DNA of 64,000 bases from Candidatus Kaiserbacteria bacterium (GTDB taxonomy: Bacteria; Patescibacteriota; Minisyncoccia; Phycocordibacterales; JABMNX01), in assembly GCA_016186705.1 (NCBI GenBank), contig JACPLB010000002.1:20811-84810 (forward strand), written 5' to 3'. Within the stretch, counting starts at the first letter, position 1. Each line of letters opens with the position of its first letter. The notes under the pieces were generated by a model. It had not been told where the DNA came from. It ran no database searches and was given only the letters and a program-made list of their open reading frames with translations. Below are positions 50,082-58,540 of this stretch, one piece after another. The translations under genes and the position numbers were made by a program.

Positions 50082-50486
50082 ATGAGACGTTTTGGATTCG
50101 CGTGCATATCGTTCTTTATCATTTTTCTGTGGACGAATGCTGCGACATTCTCGGAAGACAAAAGGCCTTCGCTCGGAGATTACGGCTACCGGCATAAAGA
50201 ACTCCACGAGAGAGGAGTCGTCAAGAAGCTTATGGAGAAGTTCGGGACGACTTGCTGTGACGGAGGCAAAGGGGGCGAGTGCCGGGTAACGAGAATCGTA
50301 CGAACGGGAGCCGGCTCGCTCGCACTGCTCAATGGAAAATGGTGCCCGATCACCCTGGGCATTCGCTACGACATTGAACTTCCTAAAGATGCGTTCGCCG
50401 TCGTGTGCGCGAGCAAATACAACGGGAACAGTGACGATTACGGGTGCCCGGACGTATATTGCGCGGCAATGACGCCGGGAACGTAG
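50082..50486 (+). CDS. Secreted cysteine-rich orphan protein
   Basis: AAGGAGGT RBS, signal-peptide-like N-terminus, CC..C..C..C..C..C; hairpin at ~50505-50534. Confidence 0.75.
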   Translation: MRRFGFACISFFIIFLWTNAATFSEDKRPSLGDYGYRHKELHERGVVKKLMEKFGTTCCDGGKGGECRVTRIVRTGAGSLALLNGKWCPITLGIRYDIELPKDAFAVVCASKYNGNSDDYGCPDVYCAAMTPGT

Positions 50487-50564
50487 GTGTCTATCGAAAT
50501 GAAAACGGCGCGCCTTATAAAAAGGGCGCGCCGTCCTTGCGCTATTAGAGACGCTTGCTACACT

Positions 50565-50699
50565 ATGTATATGTTTGGACAAGGATACGGATACATGATG
50601 TCGGGATTTGGAGGCATTGGTTTTATCCTGTGGCTTCTCATCATCATTGACCTTGCACTCCTCGGCATCTGGCTCTGGAAGAAAATTTCAAAGGAATAG
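50565..50699 (+). CDS. Small membrane protein (44 aa) with G/Y/M-rich N-terminus
   Basis: MYMFGQGYGYMMSGFGG + TM helix + WLWKK. Confidence 0.7.
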   Translation: MYMFGQGYGYMMSGFGGIGFILWLLIIIDLALLGIWLWKKISKE

Positions 50700-50724
50700 T
50701 TCTCTTTGAGAGAGTTCTTAACGC

Positions 50725-51042
50725 TCACGAGAGTATTCCTGAAAAAAGCGCAATAAAGATAAGGGCGGTGATGCCAGCAAATATTGCCGTTGTTTGAATA
50801 AAAAGCTTGAACGCTTCCGTTTTTTCTCCGTTAAAGTAAAGCTGAAACGGCTGATAGAAGAAGAGAAAGCCCATAACAGACGCCGAAAGCACAAAAAGTG
50901 AGAGAAAGGCAATTGGTACGATGACGGTTTCTTTCGGAGCGGTAATTTTCGGTCCATAATACATAATAGACGTGACAATGGAGATGTAGAGTATGGCGAG
51001 AAGCGCGTTAAGAAACGGATTTCTGCTCATATCATAAGGCAT
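50725..51042 (-). CDS. Hypothetical 3-TM membrane protein
   Basis: Hydrophobic ORF at the end of the redox cluster. Confidence 0.7.
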   Translation of the reverse strand: MPYDMSRNPFLNALLAILYISIVTSIMYYGPKITAPKETVIVPIAFLSLFVLSASVMGFLFFYQPFQLYFNGEKTEAFKLFIQTTAIFAGITALIFIALFSGILS

Positions 51043-51092
51043 ATAACCGAGGCGCCGTCAAAAAGTTCGACTGCCGTTTCCCTGATTTGAAA

Positions 51093-51683
51093 TCATTCTC
51101 GGGCTGTTTTGAGAGCCCGTGTCCACCACAGAAGCTGCTCGATCATTTCTTTTGCTTTCTCGGAGAGCGACGAGAAGAGCTCGTCAGCGGAAGCCTTGCC
51201 GAAGAAGACCGGGAAGTAGCGCTCACCTGAAATGTGGATGGCGGTTCGTATCGGCGCCATCTGGAGTTCGATAGCAGTGAGACGCAGCTGCTCGATAGCG
51301 CGCGCACCGCCGACACTCCCGTAGCTTAGAAACGCAACCGGCTTGTTGTTCCACTCTTGGTATACCCAATCAATGGCATTTTTGAGCACGCCGGACGTCC
51401 CGCGGTTGTACTCTGGCGTGACGATAACGAACGCATCTCCCTCCCCGATCTTCAAAGTGAAGCGGGCAACCGCTTCGTTCGTGTAGGGCGCCTGTTTGAA
51501 GGACGGACTGACCGACTCATTGAAAAACGGCATGTCGTAGTCGCGCAGGTCGAGCACCTCGACCTTGACCCCTTCGTGTTTTTTTACTTCCTCCGCGATC
51601 CACGTTGCCGCCTTGTCGCTGAAGCGGCCTTCGCGGGTACTGCCGGCGATGACCTTGATGTGAAGTGATGTATCTTGTTCCAT
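51093..51683 (-). CDS. NAD(P)H-dependent FMN reductase
   Basis: GSTREGR, TPEYN, LKNAIDW, GGARA. Confidence 0.93.
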   Translation of the reverse strand: MEQDTSLHIKVIAGSTREGRFSDKAATWIAEEVKKHEGVKVEVLDLRDYDMPFFNESVSPSFKQAPYTNEAVARFTLKIGEGDAFVIVTPEYNRGTSGVLKNAIDWVYQEWNNKPVAFLSYGSVGGARAIEQLRLTAIELQMAPIRTAIHISGERYFPVFFGKASADELFSSLSEKAKEMIEQLLWWTRALKTARE

Positions 51684-51727
51684 ACGTCGTTAGTAAGTTT
51701 GATAATGTCAGTCACACCCGAATACTC

Positions 51728-51880
51728 TTATGGGTCGGTCTCGATCGAGTGTTGGGTGATGTCCAAATTACAACTCTTGTGTCCCTTGCACCACGCATTG
51801 CACTTCTCCGCCCATTCTTTCTCGGAGTAGTGAAAGCCGCATTCACCGCACCTCCAGCCTCTTTCTTCACGAGTAACCAT
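51728..51880 (-). CDS. Small Cys/His-rich zinc-finger-like protein (50 aa), absent from ORF track
   Basis: Own translation: MVTREERGWRCGECGFHYSEKEWAEKCNAWCKGHKSCNLDITQHSIETDP*; starts 4 nt after the ccdA stop. Confidence 0.75.
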   Translation of the reverse strand: MVTREERGWRCGECGFHYSEKEWAEKCNAWCKGHKSCNLDITQHSIETDP

Positions 51881-51884
51881 GGTA

Positions 51885-52649
51885 TTAGAGATATTCTAGC
51901 AAACGGTCGTAGTTAATGAAATCAAAGAGTTCATACCCGTACTGGATGGTGAGTCCGAAGTTATCGGTCGCAAGGAGTAACCCAAGAAGAATTAAGAATA
52001 CACCTCCTACAACAGAGACGGCTTTGAGGTATTTTGAAATTTTTTCAATGTAGACAGTGGCTTTTGAAAAAGCGAGCGCAATAAGGAGAAACGGAATTGC
52101 AAGACCGATAGAAAAAACGCTGAGCATCAATCCCCCGGCAAGCGCCGTACCGGACGTGCCTGCGAGAAGAAGGATAGAGCCCAAGATTGGTCCTACGCAC
52201 GGCGTCCACCCAAGGGCAAACGTGCCTCCGATAAAGAGCGAACTTGAAGGCTTGCCGAGCGTGAGCCACTTTGGAATCGGGATTCGTTTGTCAGTTTGGA
52301 AAAATGGGAGCTTGAAAAAGCCGAGCATAAAAAGTCCGAAGAGAATCACGAGAATGCCGCCAATACGGGCAAGCCAAATACGATATGGCGCGAGCGCAGT
52401 GCCTAGAATACCGGCAAGAACGCCAAAGACGATGAATATAAGGGAAAAACCGACAATGAATGAAAGTCCGTTCAGGAAAATTTTTCGGCGAGCGGCTTCC
52501 GCTGTTTCAGGATTTTTAAGCGCTTCTTGGTCAACACCGCTGATAAAGCCGAGGTACGCCGGCACAAGCGGCAACGTGCATGGGGCCAGAAACGTGAGAA
52601 GTCCCGCAAAAAAAGATGCAACTATAAATCCGATGCCTATTTCTATCAT
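51885..52649 (-). CDS. ccdA: CcdA/DsbD-type transmembrane electron transporter
   Basis: APCTLPLVP and GWTPCVGP. Confidence 0.92.
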   Translation of the reverse strand: MIEIGIGFIVASFFAGLLTFLAPCTLPLVPAYLGFISGVDQEALKNPETAEAARRKIFLNGLSFIVGFSLIFIVFGVLAGILGTALAPYRIWLARIGGILVILFGLFMLGFFKLPFFQTDKRIPIPKWLTLGKPSSSLFIGGTFALGWTPCVGPILGSILLLAGTSGTALAGGLMLSVFSIGLAIPFLLIALAFSKATVYIEKISKYLKAVSVVGGVFLILLGLLLATDNFGLTIQYGYELFDFINYDRLLEYL

Positions 52650-53185
52650 AGCGAAGTATCGTTAGCGTGTATAATCTTGTTCGCATGCTCTCTCATCTCG
52701 TTGAGGTCCATCGGTCCGCGTTTATGCACGACAATTTCCCCTTCCCTATTGATAAAGACAGTTTCGGGCATAGAGAATCCTCCTAGCGACTTATAAAATG
52801 AGTCATCTGAATCAAGAAGGAAGAGCATGTTGTCAGTAATACCAAGTTCGTCAGTATATCCTTTCGCTTTCTCAAGGGGTTCCTGCCGGTCAATTGCAAT
52901 AACAACAACGCGTTCGTCAAATTCCTTCTGAAGCTCCGCAAAATCCGGCAATTCCTGGCGGCAGAATGGGCACCATACCGCCCAGCTGTTTACAACAAGC
53001 GGTGTGCCTCTAAATTTTTCGAGTGATACAACGTTTCCTCTGTAGTCAATAAGAGAAAGAGAAGCGAGTCTGTCAAAATCGTTTACCTTTGTTTTTATAC
53101 TTGTATCAGAACTCCCGCCGGAACCAATAAAAAACCATATTCCTATGATAAGAATCCCGATTCCAATAATAATGATTTTTTTCAT
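52646..53185 (-). CDS. TlpA/ResA-like thiol-disulfide oxidoreductase
   Basis: N-terminal TM, WAVWCPFCRQELP. Confidence 0.9.
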   Translation of the reverse strand: MKKIIIIGIGILIIGIWFFIGSGGSSDTSIKTKVNDFDRLASLSLIDYRGNVVSLEKFRGTPLVVNSWAVWCPFCRQELPDFAELQKEFDERVVVIAIDRQEPLEKAKGYTDELGITDNMLFLLDSDDSFYKSLGGFSMPETVFINREGEIVVHKRGPMDLNEMREHANKIIHANDTSL

Positions 53186-53193
53186 ATATACGT

Positions 53194-53475
53194 TTATGCA
53201 ACTATTTTCACGCCTTTCCAGAAAGCATAGTAACCCTTGATGGCTCGTGCCGCTTCGCTCGGTTCCGGATATGTCCATGCGGCATCGTGAAGCGTTTCGT
53301 CACCAACGATAATATCATAGTAGAAGGCTTTGCCTTTCCAGGGACATTGATATGTATTCCCGCTTTTATACAGATATTCCGCATGCAGAGAATCCGGCGG
53401 GAAATAGTGATTATTTTCCACTACGATTGTTTGGTCACTTCCCGCGATAATGGTGTTTTTGTATATTGCTTTCAC
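53194..53475 (-). CDS. DUF427 domain protein
   Basis: VENNHYFP, CPWKGKAFYY, AAWTYPEP; GTG start assumed. Confidence 0.9.
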   Translation of the reverse strand: MKAIYKNTIIAGSDQTIVVENNHYFPPDSLHAEYLYKSGNTYQCPWKGKAFYYDIIVGDETLHDAAWTYPEPSEAARAIKGYYAFWKGVKIVA

Positions 53476-53488
53476 TTTATGTAACAAG

Positions 53489-54163
53489 TTAATTATTACG
53501 CACCTGTTCAACAAGTGCGGCTATCTGCTGATACGGAAGTGCGCCACTAAACGGCGTGAGCTGTCCGTCAGGTGCTACGACGACTACGTACGGCGTGCCG
53601 CGACCGCCGGTATCTGTTGCCTCGCGAAAGTCTTTTTGTATATCGGCAACGACACCCCGGTCACTAATGCATCCTGAAAACGCTTCTGAATTAATACCAA
53701 ACGAAACGGCTACTTCTTCGTACCAAGAGTTGTCTAATTGTCTCTGATTTTCAAACGCTAAATCGGTAAATGACCAGAAATTTTCATTCGTGCCGAGCTG
53801 TGCTATGCACTCGGACGCAACTGCAGCAGAGAGAGCCCGTGAATGTATGGTCGAAAGCGGAAAATGGCGATATATCCATCTGACGTCGCTGTTTTCTGCG
53901 ACAATTTGTTTCAATGTGGGATGCAATCGCGCGCAGAAAGGACATTCAAGGTCACTGAATTCCACTATTGCGATAGGCGCGTCCGGATTACCACGCACAT
54001 GGTCGGTTTCGTTCGGCATTCGAAACTCACCATTGGACTTTAGTGCTGTACTTGAAACAACACTGCTATCCCTTTTAGGCAGAATGACTGCACCGGCAAT
54101 CAAGAGCCCGGCGATAACAATCGCTATCGGGATTCCGTATCGTGTCTGTGATGTACGTGCCAT
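53489..54163 (-). CDS. DsbA-family thioredoxin-fold protein
   Basis: EFSDLECPFC, RHFPL, GTP. Confidence 0.92.
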   Translation of the reverse strand: MARTSQTRYGIPIAIVIAGLLIAGAVILPKRDSSVVSSTALKSNGEFRMPNETDHVRGNPDAPIAIVEFSDLECPFCARLHPTLKQIVAENSDVRWIYRHFPLSTIHSRALSAAVASECIAQLGTNENFWSFTDLAFENQRQLDNSWYEEVAVSFGINSEAFSGCISDRGVVADIQKDFREATDTGGRGTPYVVVVAPDGQLTPFSGALPYQQIAALVEQVRNN

Positions 54164-54167
54164 GCTG

Positions 54168-54404
54168 TTACGCAATATCAAGAAGTGGCTTAAGTTTTGC
54201 TTCGTCAAAACCGATAATCATTTCATCGTCGACAAAAATAACCGGCACACCCATCTGTCCGCTCTTTTGAATCATCTCATCCCGCTTTGCCGTATCGGTT
54301 GAGACATCATAATTGGTGAATGCGATGTTGTACTCCTTGAAGAATGCTTTTGCCGCCTGGCAGAAGTGACAGGTGGGTGTTGAGTATATCGTTACGTTTT
54401 TCAT
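54168..54404 (-). CDS. Glutaredoxin-like NrdH/YruB redoxin (paralog of 18095-18331)
   Basis: YSTPTCHFC, SGQMGVPVI. Confidence 0.92.
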   Translation of the reverse strand: MKNVTIYSTPTCHFCQAAKAFFKEYNIAFTNYDVSTDTAKRDEMIQKSGQMGVPVIFVDDEMIIGFDEAKLKPLLDIA

Positions 54405-54431
54405 AGTTTTATTTATTAACTACGTTAATAA

Positions 54432-55505
54432 TTACTTGAATAATTCCGTCTCCGGGTGCACCGCAAGCCAGGAGAACCAAAATCCTGGGATTGAGGCAAG
54501 TGGTTCTCCATTGACTGTGAAGCGAACCTCGCCTGCATCAGTTTTTGTGGCAACGATATTCTTTCCAGCAAACGTATCAGTTATCGTTCCAGAAAGTGCG
54601 TCATCGTGATACGCCTTATACTCCGCGCCAATTTCGAGTCCATGCACTAGAGCCTTCGGATGTAGGCGAGTATCGTTAAATGTTGCGCCGAACGACACTG
54701 ACTCGCTCGTGTAATATCCGCCGTACGGGTCACGACCATAATCACGAACGGAACCGGTATCCCGCGAGAGCACCTCTGTATCAGGATGGACTTGCTTCCA
54801 ATCGCCCCATCGGATAATATCAGACCGCACGATAGAAAGTTTCTTCCCGGTATCTACACCCAAGACCGCCTCTCCGAGCACCTGTGACCACAGAGATTCG
54901 TCCGCTTCGGTTTTTGCACGGTTGTACATCAAAAGATTTGACTGCCAGAGTCTTCCCGATACGCCGAACTCTTGTACTTCCCTGCCGACCCGCCGGTCAA
55001 ACACAATTCCGGTCGCGCACAGCGGGCAATACGTTACTAAAACGGGATTCCCAGCAATCGTGTCATTTACTATCTCGTGCCAGACGAGAATGCGGTACGG
55101 ATAGAAACGGCTCTCGCCCTGAACGGTAAGGCCGAGCCCGGGGTCGGAATCGTTAAGAAACGACGCGTCTTTTAAAGAGACGAATTGCGGTTCGTCAATA
55201 GACGGAATGCCGTCCTTGCCGGGGCCCCCGGATAATATTTCGTCCAGCGGGATTGAGTGTTTGACACCGTTTGTTGTAAATATTTCTCTCATGGATATCT
55301 CTGTTTTACGAACTATACTTTCTCCTATTGTTTTATTTTCTTCACCAGCTATTGTCTTATCTTTCTGTATGTCCCCACTGTTCTCCGCGTCAAGAAAGAG
55401 TTGGGTTTCTCCCGAAGGAACGGGAAACGTGTCTCGCGTAAAAAATAACAGACCAATGAGTACAATTGCCGCAATGAGAACCCAGAATGTGAGTTGGTGT
55501 TTCAT
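54432..55505 (-). CDS. DUF3179 domain protein
   Basis: GGPGKDGIPSID, WHEIVND, TYCPLC, SLWSQ, FWFSW. Confidence 0.88.
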   Translation of the reverse strand: MKHQLTFWVLIAAIVLIGLLFFTRDTFPVPSGETQLFLDAENSGDIQKDKTIAGEENKTIGESIVRKTEISMREIFTTNGVKHSIPLDEILSGGPGKDGIPSIDEPQFVSLKDASFLNDSDPGLGLTVQGESRFYPYRILVWHEIVNDTIAGNPVLVTYCPLCATGIVFDRRVGREVQEFGVSGRLWQSNLLMYNRAKTEADESLWSQVLGEAVLGVDTGKKLSIVRSDIIRWGDWKQVHPDTEVLSRDTGSVRDYGRDPYGGYYTSESVSFGATFNDTRLHPKALVHGLEIGAEYKAYHDDALSGTITDTFAGKNIVATKTDAGEVRFTVNGEPLASIPGFWFSWLAVHPETELFK

Positions 55506-55822
55506 AGCACGGAGAGCACGCGAAGTATTTTCTCAATACGCAAGACGAGTGAGCCGTCGGTTAGTTCGTAGCACATCTTCTGACCCTCCCTATAACAGAA
55601 GACAATTCCTCGCGCTTCCAACTTAGCAAGTTGATGAGATGTCGCTGACGGCGAGCTCCCGACTTCTTTCGCAATCTCATAGACACACATCCCTTCACGA
55701 TTCCGAAATAAGAGTTTCAGAATGCGCACACGCGTCGGGTCTGAAAGAATACCCATCGTCTCAGCCGCTTGATGTATCCCTCCTCTAGAAACTCTGGAAA
55801 TAATATATGAACGCATGTTCAT
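55502..55822 (-). CDS. ArsR/SmtB family transcriptional regulator
   Basis: LSDPTRVRIL, MCVYEIA, SATSHQLAKL. Confidence 0.92.
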   Translation of the reverse strand: MNMRSYIISRVSRGGIHQAAETMGILSDPTRVRILKLLFRNREGMCVYEIAKEVGSSPSATSHQLAKLEARGIVFCYREGQKMCYELTDGSLVLRIEKILRVLSVL

Positions 55823-55828
55823 ATATTA
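55801..55828. promoter_or_regulatory. Probable ArsR operator
   Basis: Perfect 12-4-12 inverted repeat taatatatgaac-gcat-gttcatatatta over the arsR start. Confidence 0.7.
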
Positions 55829-55896
55829 ACTTATATACAATATAAATGCAACCCCCTGCTTTGTACAAGTAGAGAGCGCCTTAGAAAGAGGGGGAT

Positions 55897-56007
55897 TTAA
55901 CGTTTACGCTGTGCCGCAAGCCGCGCCGCCTTTATCGCAAGGCGCTTTTTTGTTTTCTTCGAGCGTGACGTTTTGTGCCACGTACTGACTGCCATCCTTT
56001 TTGCCAT
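55897..56007 (-). CDS. Very small, highly basic protein (36 aa)
   Basis: MAKRMAVSTWHKTSRSKKTKKRLAIKAARLAAQRKR; TATAAT just upstream. Confidence 0.55.
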   Translation of the reverse strand: MAKRMAVSTWHKTSRSKKTKKRLAIKAARLAAQRKR

Positions 56008-56149
56008 ATATATTAAGTGTACATTATATTTAAATAGAAAAACAAATTGGAGAAAACTTTCAAGCAAATCTATGGAGTTAAGAGAAACCCCGCACAAGAG
56101 GCGGGGCTGAAGCTGGAGAGTGAAAATAAATTGAAGAAAAAGAACCTAA

Positions 56150-56370
56150 AGACGGAGACTTTCCCGGCGGTAGAAACACCTTCCAAGCTCAATGCAGGTC
56201 GCGAAGCCTGCACAAAGGGTCATATCGAGCAATACCATGTAAGCTCGACCGGCCAAGTCCGCTCCCGCTAGGCAACAGCCTCGGGAGGCGCACTATTTCG
56301 CTCAACAAGATTTTCTGCAGAAAGTCCTGTCGAGTTACTTTGAGAGTGGTCACTCCATGTCCGTCTGCTT
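56150..56370 (-). ncRNA. Putative stand-alone structured RNA 2 (unassigned)
   Basis: TTGACT-18-TACACT promoter with extended TG (56405-56376); closing stem AGACGGA/TCCGTCT; at least 5 hairpins; terminator at ~56080-56107; no sense ORF of 60 aa or more in the track. Confidence 0.62.
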
Positions 56371-56447
56371 TTAGAAGTGTACCAAAATTATTTGAAAAAA
56401 GTCAAGGGATTGTTTTTAACTGCTTGTGAATATGATAATTCGCTCTG

Positions 56448-56518
56448 CTGCGGGACTTGGACTCGAACCAAGATACTCGCCTCCAGAGGGCGAAGTCCTA
56501 CCATTAGACGATCCCGCA
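56448..56518 (-). tRNA. tRNA-Gln(CTG)
   Basis: Anticodon arm TCGCC-CTCTGGA-GGCGA; U1-A72. Confidence 0.94.
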
Positions 56519-56587
56519 AGAAATTACACTTCTCCATCTTGCCGAAGAATCTAGTTAAATGCAAATAAAAGAGGAGGTGGGTTGAGA

Positions 56588-56857
56588 CTACGCGTTTCTG
56601 CTTGCCTTGAAGCAGTCGCGACAGAGAAGATTCCCTGTTTCACGCGGCTTGAAGGGGAGTTCAGTAATCGCTTTGCCACATCCGCTACAACTCCAGTTCC
56701 CCGCATGCATAATTCGCTCACCTTTGTCTCTCCCACTTGATTGTCTTTTCTTTCCGTGACAGTCCCGACAAAGAAGATTTGTCGTATTTTTCGGCTCAAA
56801 CGGAAGCTCTTTAATTACCGCTCCGCACCCGCTACAACTCCAATTTCCTGTGTGCAT
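56588..56857 (-). CDS. Tandem CxxC-x17/18-CxxC zinc-ribbon protein
   Basis: Two repeats of CSGCG...ELPF.P....LLCRDC. Confidence 0.85.
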   Translation of the reverse strand: MHTGNWSCSGCGAVIKELPFEPKNTTNLLCRDCHGKKRQSSGRDKGERIMHAGNWSCSGCGKAITELPFKPRETGNLLCRDCFKASRNA

Positions 56858-56890
56858 ACGCTTATAAAATAATTTAATAATTAATGATAA

Positions 56891-58540
56891 TTATCGCTTG
56901 CGCCGTATCGCTGCTTTCATGAAGGCGGTAAACAGCGGGTGCGGGTTAAGCGGCTTTGCCTGGAATTCAGGGTGAAACTGCGTGCCGAGGAAAAATGGAT
57001 GTTTTGATTCGGGAAGTTCCGCTATTTCCATAAGCACCCTGTCGGGAGAGACGCCGGAAAAGACGAGTCCATTGGATGACAGCCGCTCAACATACTCCGG
57101 GTTCACCTCGTAGCGGTGCCGGTGCCGTTCTTCCACAATTTCCTTTCCGTACGCCCGCCGTGCAAGCGTTCCCCGCTTGAGGTATGCGGGATAGAGGCCG
57201 AGGCGCATCGTTCCGCCGTACTTGCTTTCCGCAAGCTTCTTTTTCTGGTCTTCCATGATGTTGATGACCAAATCAGGGCTTTTCGGGTCCACTTCCGGGG
57301 TGTGTGCGTGCTTAATGCCCAAAACATTCCGAGCGTACTCGATGACCATAAGCTGCATCCCGTAACAGAGCCCGAAGTAGGGAATTCTTTTCTTCCGAGC
57401 GTACTCGATGACCGCAAGCTTTCCGTTAATTCCTTTTTCACCGAAGCCGCCGGGAACAATAATGCCATGATATCGCTTCAGTGTATCGAGTCCGCGCTTT
57501 TTCTCAAAGCTCTGGGAGGAGAGCCAGTGGATATCCGGCTCGACGCCGAGCTTGTAGGCGGAAAACTTGATTGCCTCAATCACCGAGAGATACGAGTCGG
57601 AGAGCGTAAAATCGCCGGTCTTGAAATATTTTCCGACAATTGCGATTTTAACCGCTTTTTTCTTCTTTTGTATCCTCGTGACAAGATGTTTCCATTGGAT
57701 GAGATTGGTTCGCTTCGTTTTCTTATGGAGATCAAGTTTCATCGCGATGATATCGCTTAAGTGCTCGCGCTCGAAATTAATCGGCACGTCATAGATGCTC
57801 TCAATGTCCGGCGCCGAAATGACGTCTTCGCTTCTCACACTGCAGGAAATCGCAATTTTGTCTTTTCGTTTCTTATCAAGGGAAGTTTCGCTCCGTGCGA
57901 TGATAATGTCCGGCTGAACGCCATATGAATTGAGCGCCCGAATCGCGTTTTGCGTCGGTTTTGTCTTCATTTCTCCGATTTTCCCCGGAATCGGAAGGTA
58001 GGTAAGAATAATGAAGATGACATTTCCCGGATACTGCATGTGCATCACGCGCGCCGCCTCAATAAAAAGCGCGTTCTGGAAATCGCCGATGGTGCCGCCG
58101 ATTTCAATGACTGAAATTTCGGAGCCGTTGTACTCCGCCGCGGCTTCAATGCGGCGGATTATCTCGTCGCGGATATGCGGAATCGCTTCAACGCACCTTC
58201 CTCCATAGCCGAGATTCCGCTCGCGCTCAATGACGTGCTGGTACACCATGCCGCTCGTAATGTAATTTTCCTCGCCGAGATCCTTCCCCAAAAAGCGCTC
58301 GTAGTTTCCCATGTCCTGGTCGGTCTCAAGTCCGCTTTTCAAGACAAAAACCTCTCCGTGTTCGGTCGGATTCATCGTGCCCGCGTCAACATTGAGATAC
58401 GGGTCAATCTTCACCAGATTTACGTTAAAACCTTTTGACTGAAGAATCATGCCGATTGAGGACGTGGCGATGCCTTTCCCGACCCCGGACATGACCCCTC
58501 CCACGACAAATATGTACTTGTGTCCTTTTTTCTTCATCAT
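56891..58540 (-). CDS. pyrG: CTP synthase
   Basis: GGVMSGVGKG, DPYLNVDAGTM, GLCYGMQ, RHRHRYE, QFHPE. Confidence 0.98.
   Translation of the reverse strand: MMKKKGHKYIFVVGGVMSGVGKGIATSSIGMILQSKGFNVNLVKIDPYLNVDAGTMNPTEHGEVFVLKSGLETDQDMGNYERFLGKDLGEENYITSGMVYQHVIERERNLGYGGRCVEAIPHIRDEIIRRIEAAAEYNGSEISVIEIGGTIGDFQNALFIEAARVMHMQYPGNVIFIILTYLPIPGKIGEMKTKPTQNAIRALNSYGVQPDIIIARSETSLDKKRKDKIAISCSVRSEDVISAPDIESIYDVPINFEREHLSDIIAMKLDLHKKTKRTNLIQWKHLVTRIQKKKKAVKIAIVGKYFKTGDFTLSDSYLSVIEAIKFSAYKLGVEPDIHWLSSQSFEKKRGLDTLKRYHGIIVPGGFGEKGINGKLAVIEYARKKRIPYFGLCYGMQLMVIEYARNVLGIKHAHTPEVDPKSPDLVINIMEDQKKKLAESKYGGTMRLGLYPAYLKRGTLARRAYGKEIVEERHRHRYEVNPEYVERLSSNGLVFSGVSPDRVLMEIAELPESKHPFFLGTQFHPEFQAKPLNPHPLFTAFMKAAIRRKR

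Noticed and set aside
56047-56271. 74-aa plus-strand ORF over ncRNA candidate 2
   Set aside because: No recognisable protein features; promoter and terminator both point to minus-strand transcription
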